Source of the DNA: the human T2T-CHM13v2.0 reference genome, Homo sapiens
Length of the DNA: 64,000 nt
Assembly (NCBI RefSeq): GCF_009914755.1
Contig: NC_060930.1
Strand: one strand, 5' to 3'
Shown here in pieces: positions 1 through 12,630 of the stretch. The position numbers and the translations under genes were made by a program. The notes beneath the pieces are model-generated. The model worked only from the letters and a program-made list of their open reading frames with translations. It had not been told where the DNA came from and ran no database searches. Position 1 is the first letter of the stretch; every line of letters begins with the position of its first letter.

Positions 1-120
1 CCTCTCAGACGCCCAACCGGCACATTCATCTGCAAAATACTCAAGCCCCCTCTGAAGTGAGACCAACACTCTTTCTGGACAAAAGGACACCCGATGAGAT
101 AAACAGGACTACCGCAGCCT

Positions 121-426
121 TTTTCTTTCTTTTTTTTTTTTTTTGAGGCAGGGTCTCACTCTGTCATCCAGGCTGGAGTGAAGTGGCATGATCTCAGCTC
201 ACTGAAGCTTCAACTTGATGAGCTTACGTGATCCTCCTGCCTCAGCTTCTGATGTAGCTGGGACTACAGGCGTGTGCCACCACGCTTGGCTAATTTTGGT
301 ATTTTTAGTAGAGATGGGGTTTCACTATGTTGCCCAGACTTGTCCCAAACTCCTGGGCTCAAGTGATTCACCTGCCTCGGCCTCCCAAAGTGCTGGGATT
401 ACAGGTATAAGCTACCATGCCTGGCC
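121..426 (-). mobile_element. Alu SINE, AluJ-type, full length
   Basis: Poly-T, then antisense Alu body (GAGGCAGGGTCTCACTCTGTC ... CCTCCCAAAGTGCTGGGATTACAGG ... CCTGGCC); AluJ-like CTCCTGGGCTCAAG. Confidence 0.95.
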
Positions 427-461
427 ACAGCTTTATTCTTATTGAGTACTGTTTATTATGA

Positions 462-822
<361 letters not shown>

Positions 823-1019
823 TAAAAATTATGGAAGCCACTGCATTTTCAACCTGACATGTTAGCCTTCCCCTGGCATCCTTCATTGGACCATAGAGCC
901 TCCAGCCTTGCTCTGAGAATAAGTGGGATCGTGATAGAGGTACAGCCCTTCACTGCATGGCTCTGGCCACAGGGACCCATGGCACTTTCTTGAGAGCAAG
1001 CACTGTCCAACAGGGTCTG

Positions 1020-1100
1020 GTGAGGAAGGAGCTAAAAATCAGGAAGCTTGCTGGGATGATGTGAGGAAGGGGTAAAAATCAGGAAGCTTGCTGGGATGAT
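1020..1100. repeat. Two-copy tandem duplication, unit about 40 bp
   Basis: GTGAGGAAGG..TAAAAATCAGGAAGCTTGCTGGGATGAT at 1020 and 1061. Confidence 0.9.
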
Positions 1101-1727
1101 GAGGCATGTCAACCTTCTGATTTTCGTTAATGAAGTTTTTAAAGTCTGGTGCCTTCTCCTGGATTAGAGGAGAAAAGCTGGAATGCTAATATTTTCTTTA
1201 ACTCCCCATCATGCCTCCCATCCACCAAGAGAGAAGGTTGCAGAGGGGAAAAGAACCACGTGCCCCTCTGAGAGGAAGTTCAGCATCAGCGTCCGAGGGT
1301 GGCGCATTCCTACAGGGGTCTGGCGAGGGAAAGTCCAATGACAGACCACAGGGACAGGAATCAGGGTCCCACCTGGTGGGACTAACTCTGTCCCCACAGA
1401 GGTCAGCTCACCGGCATCTCCTCGGCATTGCCGTCCTCCCTGGGGACCTCGGCTGCTGCAGGTGTCTTCTCCATGGCAGCCCCAGCTCCCGGGCACGGGT
1501 CTTCTGGGTGGGTGCCCTCCTTGGGCTCCCCGGCCTCGAGCTGACCCTCCAGCATCCTGGTTGGGAAGGGAAGAGCTATGGCAATGCCTGAATGCAGCCC
1601 CCTACCCCATCAGTGTGGGCTGAAGGCCCCAGCCTCAACATAAGGGCGAGCAGGAACCACAGCCTCTCTTCTCCCCCGGGGTCCTGTACACATTCCCAAG
1701 CCCGAAGCTGACCAGGTGAAAGGACAC

Positions 1728-2165
1728 CACAGAGGGAGGGACTGAGAGGTCCACGCCTGGCTCTCCACCATCCTCCATGGAAAACACTTCAGTTCCTAGA
1801 AGATCAGCCTGACACCTTACACACTGTCACCATCCACAGACGGAGGGACTGAGCGGTCCACACCTGGCTCTCACCATCCTCCTTGGAAAACACTTCAGTT
1901 TCTAGAAGAAGATCAGCCTGACACCTAACACATTCTTACCATCCACAGATGGAGGGACTGAGTGGTCCATACCTGGCTCTGCACCATCCTCCATGGAAAA
2001 CACTTCAGCTCCTAGAAGATCAGCCTGACACCTAACACACTGTCACCATCCAGAGGGAGGGACTGAGCGGTCCACACCTGGCTGTCCATCATCCTCTGTG
2101 GAAAATGCTTTAGATCCTAGAAGATCAGCCTGACACCGAATGCACTCTGGTCATCCAGAGAAGGG
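1728..2165. repeat. Minisatellite, about 107-bp unit, 4 copies
   Basis: GGAGGGACTGAG at 1735, 1842, 1951 and 2056; each unit carries TGGAAAA and CTAGAAG..ATCAGCCTGACACC. Confidence 0.95.
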
Positions 2166-2290
2166 TGTGAGCGGGGTGTGAGCCGGTGTGAGTGGGATGT
2201 GAGTGGGGTGTGAGCGGGTGTGAGGGGAATGTGAATGGGTGTGAGCAGATGTGAGCAGGATGGTCTCGGGGTGTGAGTGGGATGTGTGTG
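2163..2290. repeat. Degenerate GT-rich simple repeat (GTGTGAG-based)
   Basis: Repeated GTGTGAGCGGG / ATGTGAGTGGG units. Confidence 0.75.
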
Positions 2291-3757
2291 CATGGTCGCG
2301 TGCGGCCCTGAGGGAACTCTTAGCCCTTTAATAAGCAACACTGGATCAACACCCACTTGGAGGTGCACAGGCAGACCCCACACTGTGTTGAGTCTGAGTC
2401 TTGAACCATCGGGACGACATTTGTGAATTCATGGTGAAGACGTGGAAAGGAAACACCTTTTTATAGGTACAGCATTTATGCCAGTTCTAGGAAGCTCACA
2501 GCAATCAGAAAACTAAAACAAAAGAGAAAACGCAAAGCTTCCTGCAAGCCTGCAGGGTCCTCTCTGAAAGCCGCTCCCAACCCTGCCTCACCCTCTCGGT
2601 TTTAGGAAGCGAATGGCCCCCAACGAAACCCCAACTGTTTATTCATAAACTTCTCACTGTATACAAACCTGAGAATGAACAGTTTAACCACAGTGATTGG
2701 AGAAATGCTGTTTAAAAGAGAGTCTCCTGATGAAGGCAAATCGAAGGTCAAGAGCAAGACCTACCAGTAACCGGATCCCTGGCTGTTCCTTCCCCGCGGG
2801 GATTGGGACAGTTTCTGTGGAAGTGGGCAAGGGTCCGCGGTCCTCACAGCCCTGAGAAAGCTTCTTCTTTCCCGCTCCTCCGAGGGGATACCCCAGTGTC
2901 CTCGGCCCCAAACTTGTGACCCCCTCAGTCTGGGGAAGACCCCTTCCCTCAGCCCCACTACCAGACCTCATCACCTCACCTGGTCCCCGCCAGTCACTTC
3001 TGCTGGGACCAGAGCATCTGGGCCGTGTCCCCACAGCTGTCCCCAAGTCCTCCCGCCTCATCTCCAGAGACCAGAGAGCAGCCGACGGTTCCAACGGACT
3101 TTCTGTCTTAAAGGGGCATGAGCGTCCCACTCAGCATCACCACTGGACCAGCTCAGATAACAATTAAACATCCCAAACCCGCAATTCTAACATAGGAGCT
3201 CATTGTCAGTGGAGTCCATCCATCCACAAAGGACACTGGAGAGAGTCAAACTGCTCCTCCCCATTGACAAAAACCATGTGTTTAATATCAAGTCTTCAAT
3301 ACCCAACGTGTAGTAAGAGCTCATTTCTCTGAGCATACATTCTTGAAGAAATATAAACTCTCTTTGGATGTCAAATTATTTACTAGAAAAAACATTTTTA
3401 TGAAGGGAAAATAATATATGTGAGTTTAAATAGGAGACAGGATTCAAATTTTCATCATTTCACAGAATGCATCTCCATCTGAATTGTCGTGTGATTTTTG
3501 TGATAGAGAAGAGAATGAGGCGCAAGCGAGAGTCCATGTTCCTGTTAAGCCCTGGCCATCCTTCTCATCCACGGTGCTGCCTGTGGAGAGCACACCTGGG
3601 GCTCCCCTGAGGCTGCTTGTGCTGTGTGTCACTCGGATAGTTCCTCAAGCGACTCGCTTGCAATAGGCAGTAAACACCGACGTCGTGAATGAACGAAGAA
3701 ACTACCACAAAGAGGAAACGAAGCACTTTTGTCCCTGCGCGTCATTCTAACCATGGA

Positions 3758-6700
3758 TTGTGGGTCCTGAGGTGTGTGAGGGGCTGTGGTGTGTGTGTCC
3801 TGAGATGTGTGAGAGGCTGTATATGTGTCCTGAGATGTGTGAGGTGTTGTGTGTGTGTCCTGAGGTGTGTGAGGGTTGTGTGTGTCCTGAGGTGTGTGAG
3901 GTGTTGTGAGTCCTGAGGTATGTGAGGGGTTGTGTGTGTGTCCTGAGGTGTGTGAGGGTTGTGTGTATTCTGAGGTGCGTGAGGGGTTGTGTGTGTCCTG
4001 AGGTGTGTGAGGTGTTGTGTGTGTGTCCTGAGGTGTGTGAGAGGTTGTGTGTGTCCTGAGGTGTGTGAGGTTTGTGTGTGTCCTGAGGTGTGTGAGATGT
4101 TGTGTGTGTGTCCTGAGGTGTGTGAGAGGTTGTGTGTGTCCTGAGGTGTGTGAAAGTTGTGTGTGTCCTGAGGTGTGTGAGGTGTTATGTGTGTGCCCTG
4201 AGGTGTGTGAGGGTTGTGTGTGTATCCTGAGGTGTGTGAGGGTTGTGTGTTTCTTGAGGTATGTGAGAGTTGTGTGTGTCCTGAGGTGTGTGAGGGTTGT
4301 GTGTGTGTCCTGAGGTGTGTGAGGGGTTATGTGTGTGTCCTGAGGTGTGTGAGTTGTGTGTGTGTGTCCTGAGGTGTGTGAGGTGTTGTGTGTGTGTCCT
4401 GAGGTATGTGAGGGTTGTGTGTGTGTCCTGAGGTGTGTGAGGGTTGTGTGTGTTTCCTGAGGTGTGTGAGGGGTTATGTGTGTGTCCTGAGGTGTGTGAG
4501 AGTTGTGTGTGTGTCCTGAGGTGTGTGAGGTGTTGTGTGTGTGTCCTGAGATATGTGAGGGTTGTGTGTGTGTCCTGAGTTGTGTGAAAGTTGTGTGTGT
4601 CCTGAGGTGTGGGAGGTGTTATGTGTGTGCCCTGAGGTGTGAGAGGGTTGTGTGTGTGTCCTGGGGTGTGTGAGGGTTGTGTGTTTCTTGAGGTATGTGA
4701 GAGTTGTGTGTGTCCTGAGGTGTGTGAGGGTTGTGTGTGTGTCCTGAGGTGTGTGAGGGGTTATGTGTGTGTCCTGAGGTGTGTGAGAGTTGTGTGTGTG
4801 TGCCCTGAGGTGTGTGAGGTGTTGTGTGTGTGTCCTGAGGTATGTGAGGGTTGTGTGTGTGTCCTGAGTTGTGTGAAAGTTGTGTGTGTCCTGAGGTGTG
4901 GGAGGTGTTATGTGTGTGCCCTGAGGTGTGAGAGGGTTGTGTGTGTGTCCTGGGGTGTGTGAGGGTTGTGTGTTTCTTGAGGTATGTGAGAGTTGTGTGT
5001 GTCCTGAGGTGTGTGAGGGTTGTGTGTGTGTCCTGAGGTGTGTGAGGGGTTATGTGTGTGTCCTGAGGTGTGTGAGAGTTGTGTGTGTGTGCCCTGAGGT
5101 GTGTGAGGTGTTGTGTGTGTGTCCTGAGGTATGTGAGGGTTGTGTGTGTGTCCTGAGGTGTGTGAGGGTTGTGTGTGTTTCCTGAGGTGTGTGAGGGGTT
5201 ATGTGTGTGTCCTGAGGTGTGTGAGTTGTGTGTGTGTCCTGAGGTGTGTGAGGTGTTGTGTGTGTGTCCTGAGATATGTGAGGGTTGTGTGTGTGTCCTG
5301 AGTTGTGTGAAAGTTGTGTGTGTCCTGAGGTGTGTGAGGTGTTATGTGTGTGCCCTGAGGTGTGAGAGGGTTGTGTGTGTGTCCTGAGGTGTGTGAGGGT
5401 TGTGTGTTTCTTGAGGTATGTGAGAGTTGTGTGTGTCCTGAGGTGTGTGAGGGTTGTGTGTGTGTCCTGAGGTGTGTGAGGGGTTATATGTGTGTCCTGA
5501 GGTGTGTGAGAGTTGTGTGTGTGTGCCCTGAGGTGTGTGAGGTGTTGTGTGTGTGTCCTGAGGTATGTGAGGGTTGTGTGTGTGTCCTGAGGTGTGTGAG
5601 GTGTTGTGTGTGTCCTGAGGTGTGTGAGGTGTTATGTGTGTGTCCTGAGGTGTGTGAGGGTTGTGTGTGTGTCCTGAGGTGTGTGGGGTGTTGTGTGTGT
5701 GTCCTGAGGTGTGTGAGAGGTGTTGTGTAGGTTCTTGAGGTGTGTGAGGTTGTGTGTGTGTCCTGAGGTGTGTGAGGTGTTGTGTGTGTGTCCTGAGGTA
5801 TGTGAGGGTTGTGTGTGTGTCCTGAGGTGTGTGAGGTATTGTGTGTGTGTCCTGAGGTATGTGAAGGTTGTGTGTGTGTCCTGAGGTGTGTGAGGGTTGT
5901 GTGTGTTTCCTGAGGTGTGTGAGGTGTTATGCGTGTGCCCTGAGGTGTGTGAGGGTTGTGTGTGTGTCCTGAGGTGTGTGAGGGTTGTGTGTTTCTTGAG
6001 GTATGTGAGAGTTGTGTGTGTCCTGAGGTGTGTGAGGGTTGTGTGTGTGTCCTGAGGTGTGTGAGGGGTTATGTGTGTGTCCTGAGGTGTGTGAGAGTTG
6101 TGTGTGTGTCCTGAGGTGTGTGAGGTGTTATGTGTGTGCCCTGAGGTATGTGAGGGTTGTGTGTGTGTCCTGAGGTGTGTGAGGGTTGTGTGTGTTTCCT
6201 GAGGTGTGTGAGGGGTTATGTGTGTATCCTGAGGTGTGTGAGGGTTGTGTGTGTGTCCTGAGGTGTGTGAGGGTTGTGTGTTTCTTGAGGTATGTGAGAG
6301 TTGTGTGTGTCCTGAGGTGTGTGACGGTTGTGTGTGTTTCCTGAGGTGTGTGAGGCGTTTTGTGTGTGTCCTGAGGTGTGTGAGGGGTTATGTGTGTGTC
6401 CTGAGGTGTGTGAGAGTTGGGTGTGTGTCCTGAGGTGTGTGAGGTGTTGTGTGTGTGTCCTGAGCTGTGTGAGGGTTGTGTGTGTGTCCTGAGGTGTGTG
6501 AGGGTTGTGTGTGTTTCCTGAGGTGCGTGAGGGGTTATGTGTGTGTCCTGAGGTGTGTGAGGGTTGTGTGTGTGTCCTGAGGTGTGTGAGGGTTGTGTGT
6601 TTCCTGAGGTATGTGAGAGTTGTGTGTGTCCTGAGGTGTGTGAGGGTTGTGTGTGTTTCCTGAGGTGTGTGAGGGGTTTTGTGTGTGTCCTGAGGTGTGT

Positions 6701-7119
6701 GAAGGGTTATGTGTGTGTTCTGAGGTGTGTGAGAGTTGGGTGTGTGTCCTGAGGCGTGTGAGGTGTTGTGTGTGTGTCCTGAGGTGTGTGAGGGTTGTGT
6801 GTGTGTCCTGAAGTGTGTGAGGTGTTGTGTGTGTGTCCTGAGGCGTGTGAGGGTTGTGCGTTTCTTGAGGTATGTGAGGGTTGTGTGTGTCCTGAGGTGT
6901 GTGAGGGTTGTGTGTGTTTCCTGAGGTGTGTGAGGGTTGTGTGTATTTCCTGAGGTGTGTGAGGGTTATGTGTGTATTTCCTGAGGTGTGTGAGGGTTAT
7001 GTGTGTGTCCTGAGGTGTGTGAGAGTTGTGTGTGTGTCCTGAGGTGTGTGAGGGTTGTGTGTGTGTCCTGAGGTGTGTGAGGTGTTGTGTGTGTGTCCTG
7101 AGGTGTGTGAGGGTTGTGT
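3758..7119. repeat. Large GT-rich VNTR, 27-31-bp unit (CCTGAGGTGTGTGAGGGTTGTGTGTGTGT), about 115 copies
   Basis: Continuous array with recurring variant units. Confidence 0.98.
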
Positions 7120-8506
7120 TCGTTTCTTTGCTCCTCTCAGGTTCCACCCGGTTTTTGTTCGAGGGGTGAGAGTGGCCGGCCCCCTCCCCTCTCCATGGGG
7201 CAGGCAGCTTCCATCCCCATCTTCATGGTGTCTCCTTCCTCCAGAGACTCCGCCATCCCTGGGAAACCCTGGGGGTCTCTCTGCCCAGGCCTCACAGCAC
7301 CCTGAGTTTGACCCAGCTGGAAGTTGTGATGTCCTCGAGTTTCTGGAAGCTTTTCTCAGTCATCTCTACAAGTTGGGGAATGAGGGCCCAGTGTCTCATG
7401 TCCATTTCCACAGAGTTTTATTTGTTTTCCCGAGGATGTGTGAGCTCAGACCTGTCCATCTCGCCATCAAAGCAGGTCCACCCACATGTTTTCATCACCA
7501 GCCATCATCGATGGGTTTCAGGCTTCGCAGCTCCCCTCCTGAGCCTCAGCCGGGGTGGCTCCCAGGGCAGGCTCCCCGCATCCCTCTCTGTGCTGCGGGT
7601 CTCTGTGGGCTGCTCTTCCCGGCCCGGCCAGGCCATTTTCTTCGCTGCATCTTCCCCAGATTCTCGTCCTGCAGCAAACACTCGTGGCCGCGGGTCAGGT
7701 CGGAGCCTCCTGGGCGTTTGGACTATGGGGCCCTTCCCTTCTCTCTGATAAGGCCCCCGTTTTCTGTTCAGCCTGGTGGTGCCTTAGCCGCGTTTCAGGC
7801 ACAGTCTTCCAGGGGCCTTCTGGTTTGAACATTCTGCAGAGGAAAGCACAGCACATCTTTTCACTCATCTTTTAAAATCAGAAGCCAGTTCCAGAGTCGG
7901 CTGCTTGGAGTAGCAGCAGATACACTTTTTAAAGTAGCTTAGCTGTTTAAATTTCTGGTTCAAAGGACTACTTCTATAGTGGTACAGACCCCTGACAAAA
8001 GAAATCACCTTTTGTAAATGTCATCGCTGCAAATGAGCAATGTGACGGGGAACTAGTGAGATGCCATTGAGACTGGAACCCACCCCACTGGAGGCAGCTG
8101 AGCGAATTCGTGGATGACTAAATGTCGGAATACTAAGTTAGGAGAGGGGTGCGTGTCATCCAAGGAATGACGTGCGCTCACACTGTGCCTCAAGTGACAC
8201 AGATCATAGTAGATTCCAGCGGAACACTTGCAGCTGTGTTGAGTTCCTCAAACTACCACAAAACTCTTATGGTAAAACTTGTGAGAGGTGGAGATAAGAG
8301 AGTATGAGCCCTGTGATCGAATCCAAATATGAATTGTAAAACATGCCTTAATACTATCACCAGTAGCTGTAGCGTACAATGATAGAACAAAAAGAGAAGG
8401 ATTTTCTAGTCATTTTCTAGTTGTTCCCTCAGTGGTGCATTTTAGCACTCCCCAAACTCCACGTTTCTTTTGGATTTTATGAGCTGAGTCTGAATGTTAT
8501 AAGTGA

Positions 8507-8786
<280 letters not shown>

Positions 8787-9886
8787 CACTTTTCAAGCAT
8801 TTTCTCTGTACAATATTTTGTAAAAATTGAGAATAAGGAAAGACATTGCCCCTTTAAGCAAGGTGGTAAGACAACATATAAAAAGTACTCAATCCACAAT
8901 AGTGAGTGCTTCCATTAATTACATTCTAAAGTTTTTTTGTTTAAAATAAATTGGGGGAGTACATTATGCTCTTCAAGATAATGAACGGAGAAAAATGTCC
9001 AATGATTGCTAGCCATCCCGATAATGTATTTACTCTATGTTGTGTTATTTTGTTTTTGCAGTAGGACGCAAGTGATCAGAAAGGAAATCACATAGTCAGT
9101 GACCAGCTGAGACTGAGTACGGACAGGGGAAGAAGCTAACTTAGACCTAAAGGGACCTGGGGTCAGGAGACATTTCTAGATAAGCCCCTCAGCCAGAAAA
9201 CATCAACCCATGACTTCCAATACCAATGCTGAAGAGGCCACAGAGGAGAGAGAATCTTGAAAACATTTCTAATATCTGAAAGTTCTTGTATTAAAAGAAG
9301 TGGAAAGTTTCTTGATATGTGTATGAAGGCCAAGATTGAGATAGTGGTACTGAGGGTGGGATAATACCACATTGAGGCTGGGAGTTTTACTTCTTTTAAA
9401 TCTTTCTGTAGGTATATCTCTGTGGATTCCTACCACTTCTAAACCATAGTTACAAGGCCAATAAATACATAGAACAACATTCCTACCACTCGTGAGCATC
9501 ATGCTCTTCCTAATAGCTCTATTGGAACCCTCTATTGCTCATGACCTTGTGTCCATATCATGCTATCTGATTATTCATAATTTTTCCTGGATCCCTTTGA
9601 TATGAAACATGGATAAAGCCATGTGTGAAGAAACACGTTATAGGAAAAGAACTCCGACCTTGGAATCTGAGGATTTGTATAATTTGGCCTTTACACAAAA
9701 GAATTATGTAATCTGGGGCAAGTCCCTTAATACAGTATTTGAACCCGATTTTATTGCCCCTTTTAGGTCTAAACTCTAAGCTGTGAGTAGTAATTTGCAG
9801 CATGATGGTGAGGTGAAATGACAGAGGCTCATGGCATGTCGTTGCAGAATATCCACTAGACTTTCACAAGTCACCAGTCATGGATT

Positions 9887-9988
9887 TCAGGATCTGACTC
9901 TTGTCATCTTGGGAGACGTCAGGATCTGACTGCTCGTCTTCACGGGGGACGTCAGGATCTGAATGCTTGTCTTCATGGGAGAGTCAGG
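9887..9988. repeat. Short tandem repeat, 32-33-bp unit, about 3 copies
   Basis: TCAGGATCTGA at 9887, 9919 and 9952; partial TCAGG at 9984. Confidence 0.85.
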
Positions 9989-10289
9989 TACAGCTTAACA
10001 ATTAGCTAAGGGGTTCAAATTACAGATACCTCTAATTACTGCTTTAGCTAAAAAAAACCCCATGAAAGACACAGGTTTACTGCATCATATGAACCCATAG
10101 TAAATATTTTGTGACCTGATACTTATCCAGTCAGAGCTCTGTTAGCCAGAACTAAATAATTGCCAGAAAAATGAACACTCATATTCATAATACCATTCTT
10201 TAAATAGTACAAAATCATGGGACTTTTGAGTCATCAGTGAAGGTAAAAGCTTAACACAACATGTTTCTATTCTGTTCCTTATTATTTTC

Positions 10290-11485
10290 TAATTCATTAA
10301 CTATAAACTAATCAACAACCTCCAGTGCCTAGCATTGTGCAGCCCGTTGCAAGGCTTAAAGACGAGTATGAGACATGGTCCCAGGTGCCTGAGAAGTCAG
10401 GGCATAGTGAGAGAGATGAAGAGACTGTACTAGGACAATTAGCACCTAGATATTAATAGCATGGTGCTGAGCAGAGTGTTTCACACAAGAGGGAACACCT
10501 TTCCAGGTCGAGCTGAGGCAGCTTTCTGTAGGATCAGAGAGAGAGAAGGGATATTTCCAAAGGAAGGTGGTCAACCAAAGCCCAGGAGGAAGCAGTGGGT
10601 GCCTCCTCACCTGTGTTTCTGCACCTGCACTCCCTCACCTGCGCCTCCACACCTGAGTTCCTCACCTGCACCTCCTCACCTGCGCCCCCTCACCTGGGCC
10701 CCCTCACCTGGTACCAAACCTGCACCCCCTCACCTGCACCCCTCACCTGTGCCTCCTCACCTGCGCCCCCTCACCTGCGCCCCCTTACCTATGCCCCCTC
10801 ACCTGTGCCTCCTCACCTGACTTCCTCACCTGCACCCCCTCACGCGTCTCCTCACCTGACTTCCTCACCTGACTTCCTCACCTGCGCCCCCTCACCTGTG
10901 CCCCCTCACCTGCACTTCCTCACCTGTGCCTCCTCACCTGCGCCCCCTCACCTGTGCCTCCTCACCTGACTTCCTCACCTGTGCCCCCTCACCTGCGCCC
11001 CCTCACCTGCGCCCCCTCACCTGACTTCCTCACCTGCGCCCCCTCACCTGCACCCCCTCACCTGCGCCTCCTCACCTGACTTCCTCACCTGCACCCCCTC
11101 ACCTGCGCCTCCTCACCTGACTTCCTCACCTGCGCCCCCTCACCTGTGCCCCCTCACCTGTGCCCCCTCACCTGCGCCTCCTCACCTGCAAGGAGCTGTG
11201 CAAAGACTGTTCTGATGGGAGAGGAACTTTTCTTCAGGACATAAACCTGGAGGTATAGTGTGGGTCGGATGATGGTCCTTTCAAAATTCAGACACTCAAC
11301 CTTGGACTTAACATGATCATCAGTGGGAATGGTTTTAAGTTTACTGTGATGAAATCTGTAGATTATAAAAGATGATTCTGGCAGAAGCATACAAATAAAT
11401 TAGAGGAGGAAGAGAGACAAGCCAGGCCCAGTTAGGAAACCATTTAGTAACCCAGTCATGTGGGAAGAAGGTCTAAGCTACCAAG
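10290..11485 (-). mobile_element. Old L2 LINE fragment interrupted by the VNTR at 10600-11190
   Basis: L2 3'-end-like antisense sequence (ATTCATT..CCAGTGCCTAGCATTGTGC..GAGACATGGTCCC) before the VNTR and L2-like AAAGATGATTCTGGCAG..CCAGTTAGGA after it. Confidence 0.6.
10600..11190. repeat. C-rich VNTR, 13-15-bp unit (CCTCACCTGCGCCCC / CCTCACCTGACTT), about 40 copies
   Basis: Directly visible; I count 40 CACCTG hexamers. Confidence 0.97.
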
Positions 11486-11706
11486 TTTACATATTGAGTC
11501 CATAAAATGTGTGATAGGCAGAATAATGGCCCCCAGAGATGTCCACATCCTAATCCCTGGAACTTGGAAATATGTTACCTCACAAAAGGGACTGTGGGGT
11601 GATGAAGTCAAGGATCTCGAGATGGAGAAGTTATCCTGGATGATCTGGGCAGGCTCAATGTCATCACTAGGATCTTTACATGAGGGAGGCTAGAGGGTCA
11701 GAGTCA

Positions 11707-12012
<306 letters not shown>

Positions 12013-12018
<6 letters not shown>

Positions 12019-12271
12019 GAAAGAAGGAAGGAAAGAAAGAGAAGAGAGAAAGAAAGAAAGAAAGAAAGAAAGTGAAAGAAAAGAGAAGGAAGGAAGGAAA
12101 AGAAAAGAAAGAAAGAAAAGAAGGAAGGAAGGAAAGAGAGAAAGAAGAGAGAGAGAAAGAAGAGAGAGAGAAAGAAGGAAAAAAAGAAAGAGAAAGAAAG
12201 AAGAAAGAAAGAAAGAAAAAGAAAGGCAGGAAGGAAAGAAGGAAAGGAAAGGAAAGGAAAGGAAAGGAAGA
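12013..12271. repeat. Polypurine (AAAG/AAGG/GA/GGAAA) microsatellite derived from the Alu tail
   Basis: About 260 nt with only two pyrimidines that I can see. Confidence 0.95.
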
Positions 12272-12529
12272 TGGGGGCAGAGAGGTTTGAAGAGGCTCCA
12301 CTCCTGCCTGAAGTGAGGAAGGGAGCAGCAGCCGAGGAGCTCTCAGCCCCAGAAAGGACAAGAAAGCAGAGCCCACTTCCAGCCTCTGGAACGAACGAGC
12401 CTGCCAAGGCCTGGGCTGTAGCTCCATGAGACTCAGCCAGGATTCTGACACACAGAACTGTACGAGAACACGTGATTGTTGTTTTAAACCGCTAAGTTTG
12501 GGTAATTTGTGACGGCAGAAACTCTTTTG

Positions 12530-12630
12530 AAACGTCCATTTCTAGGCCTTACCCACATAAATTCTGATTCAATAGTTTTGGGTTGAGAATGTGAATTTGT
12601 AACCAAGTGCCCCAAGTTACTCTGACCAGG
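12530..12630. mobile_element. MER5-like hAT-Charlie DNA transposon fragment
   Basis: ATTCTGATTCAATAG..GAGAATGTGAATTTGTAACCAAGTGCCCCAAGTTACTCTGA resembles the MER5A core. Confidence 0.5.

Noticed and set aside
1728-2165. CRISPR-like appearance of regularly spaced repeats (also 41058-42170 and 50612-50739)
   Set aside because: Whole units repeat with no unique spacers, there are no cas genes, and the DNA is primate.
3689-7147. Cys/Val-rich ORFs resembling metallothionein or keratin-associated proteins
   Set aside because: They are readings of TG-rich repeat units, with frequent TGA stops and frame switches.
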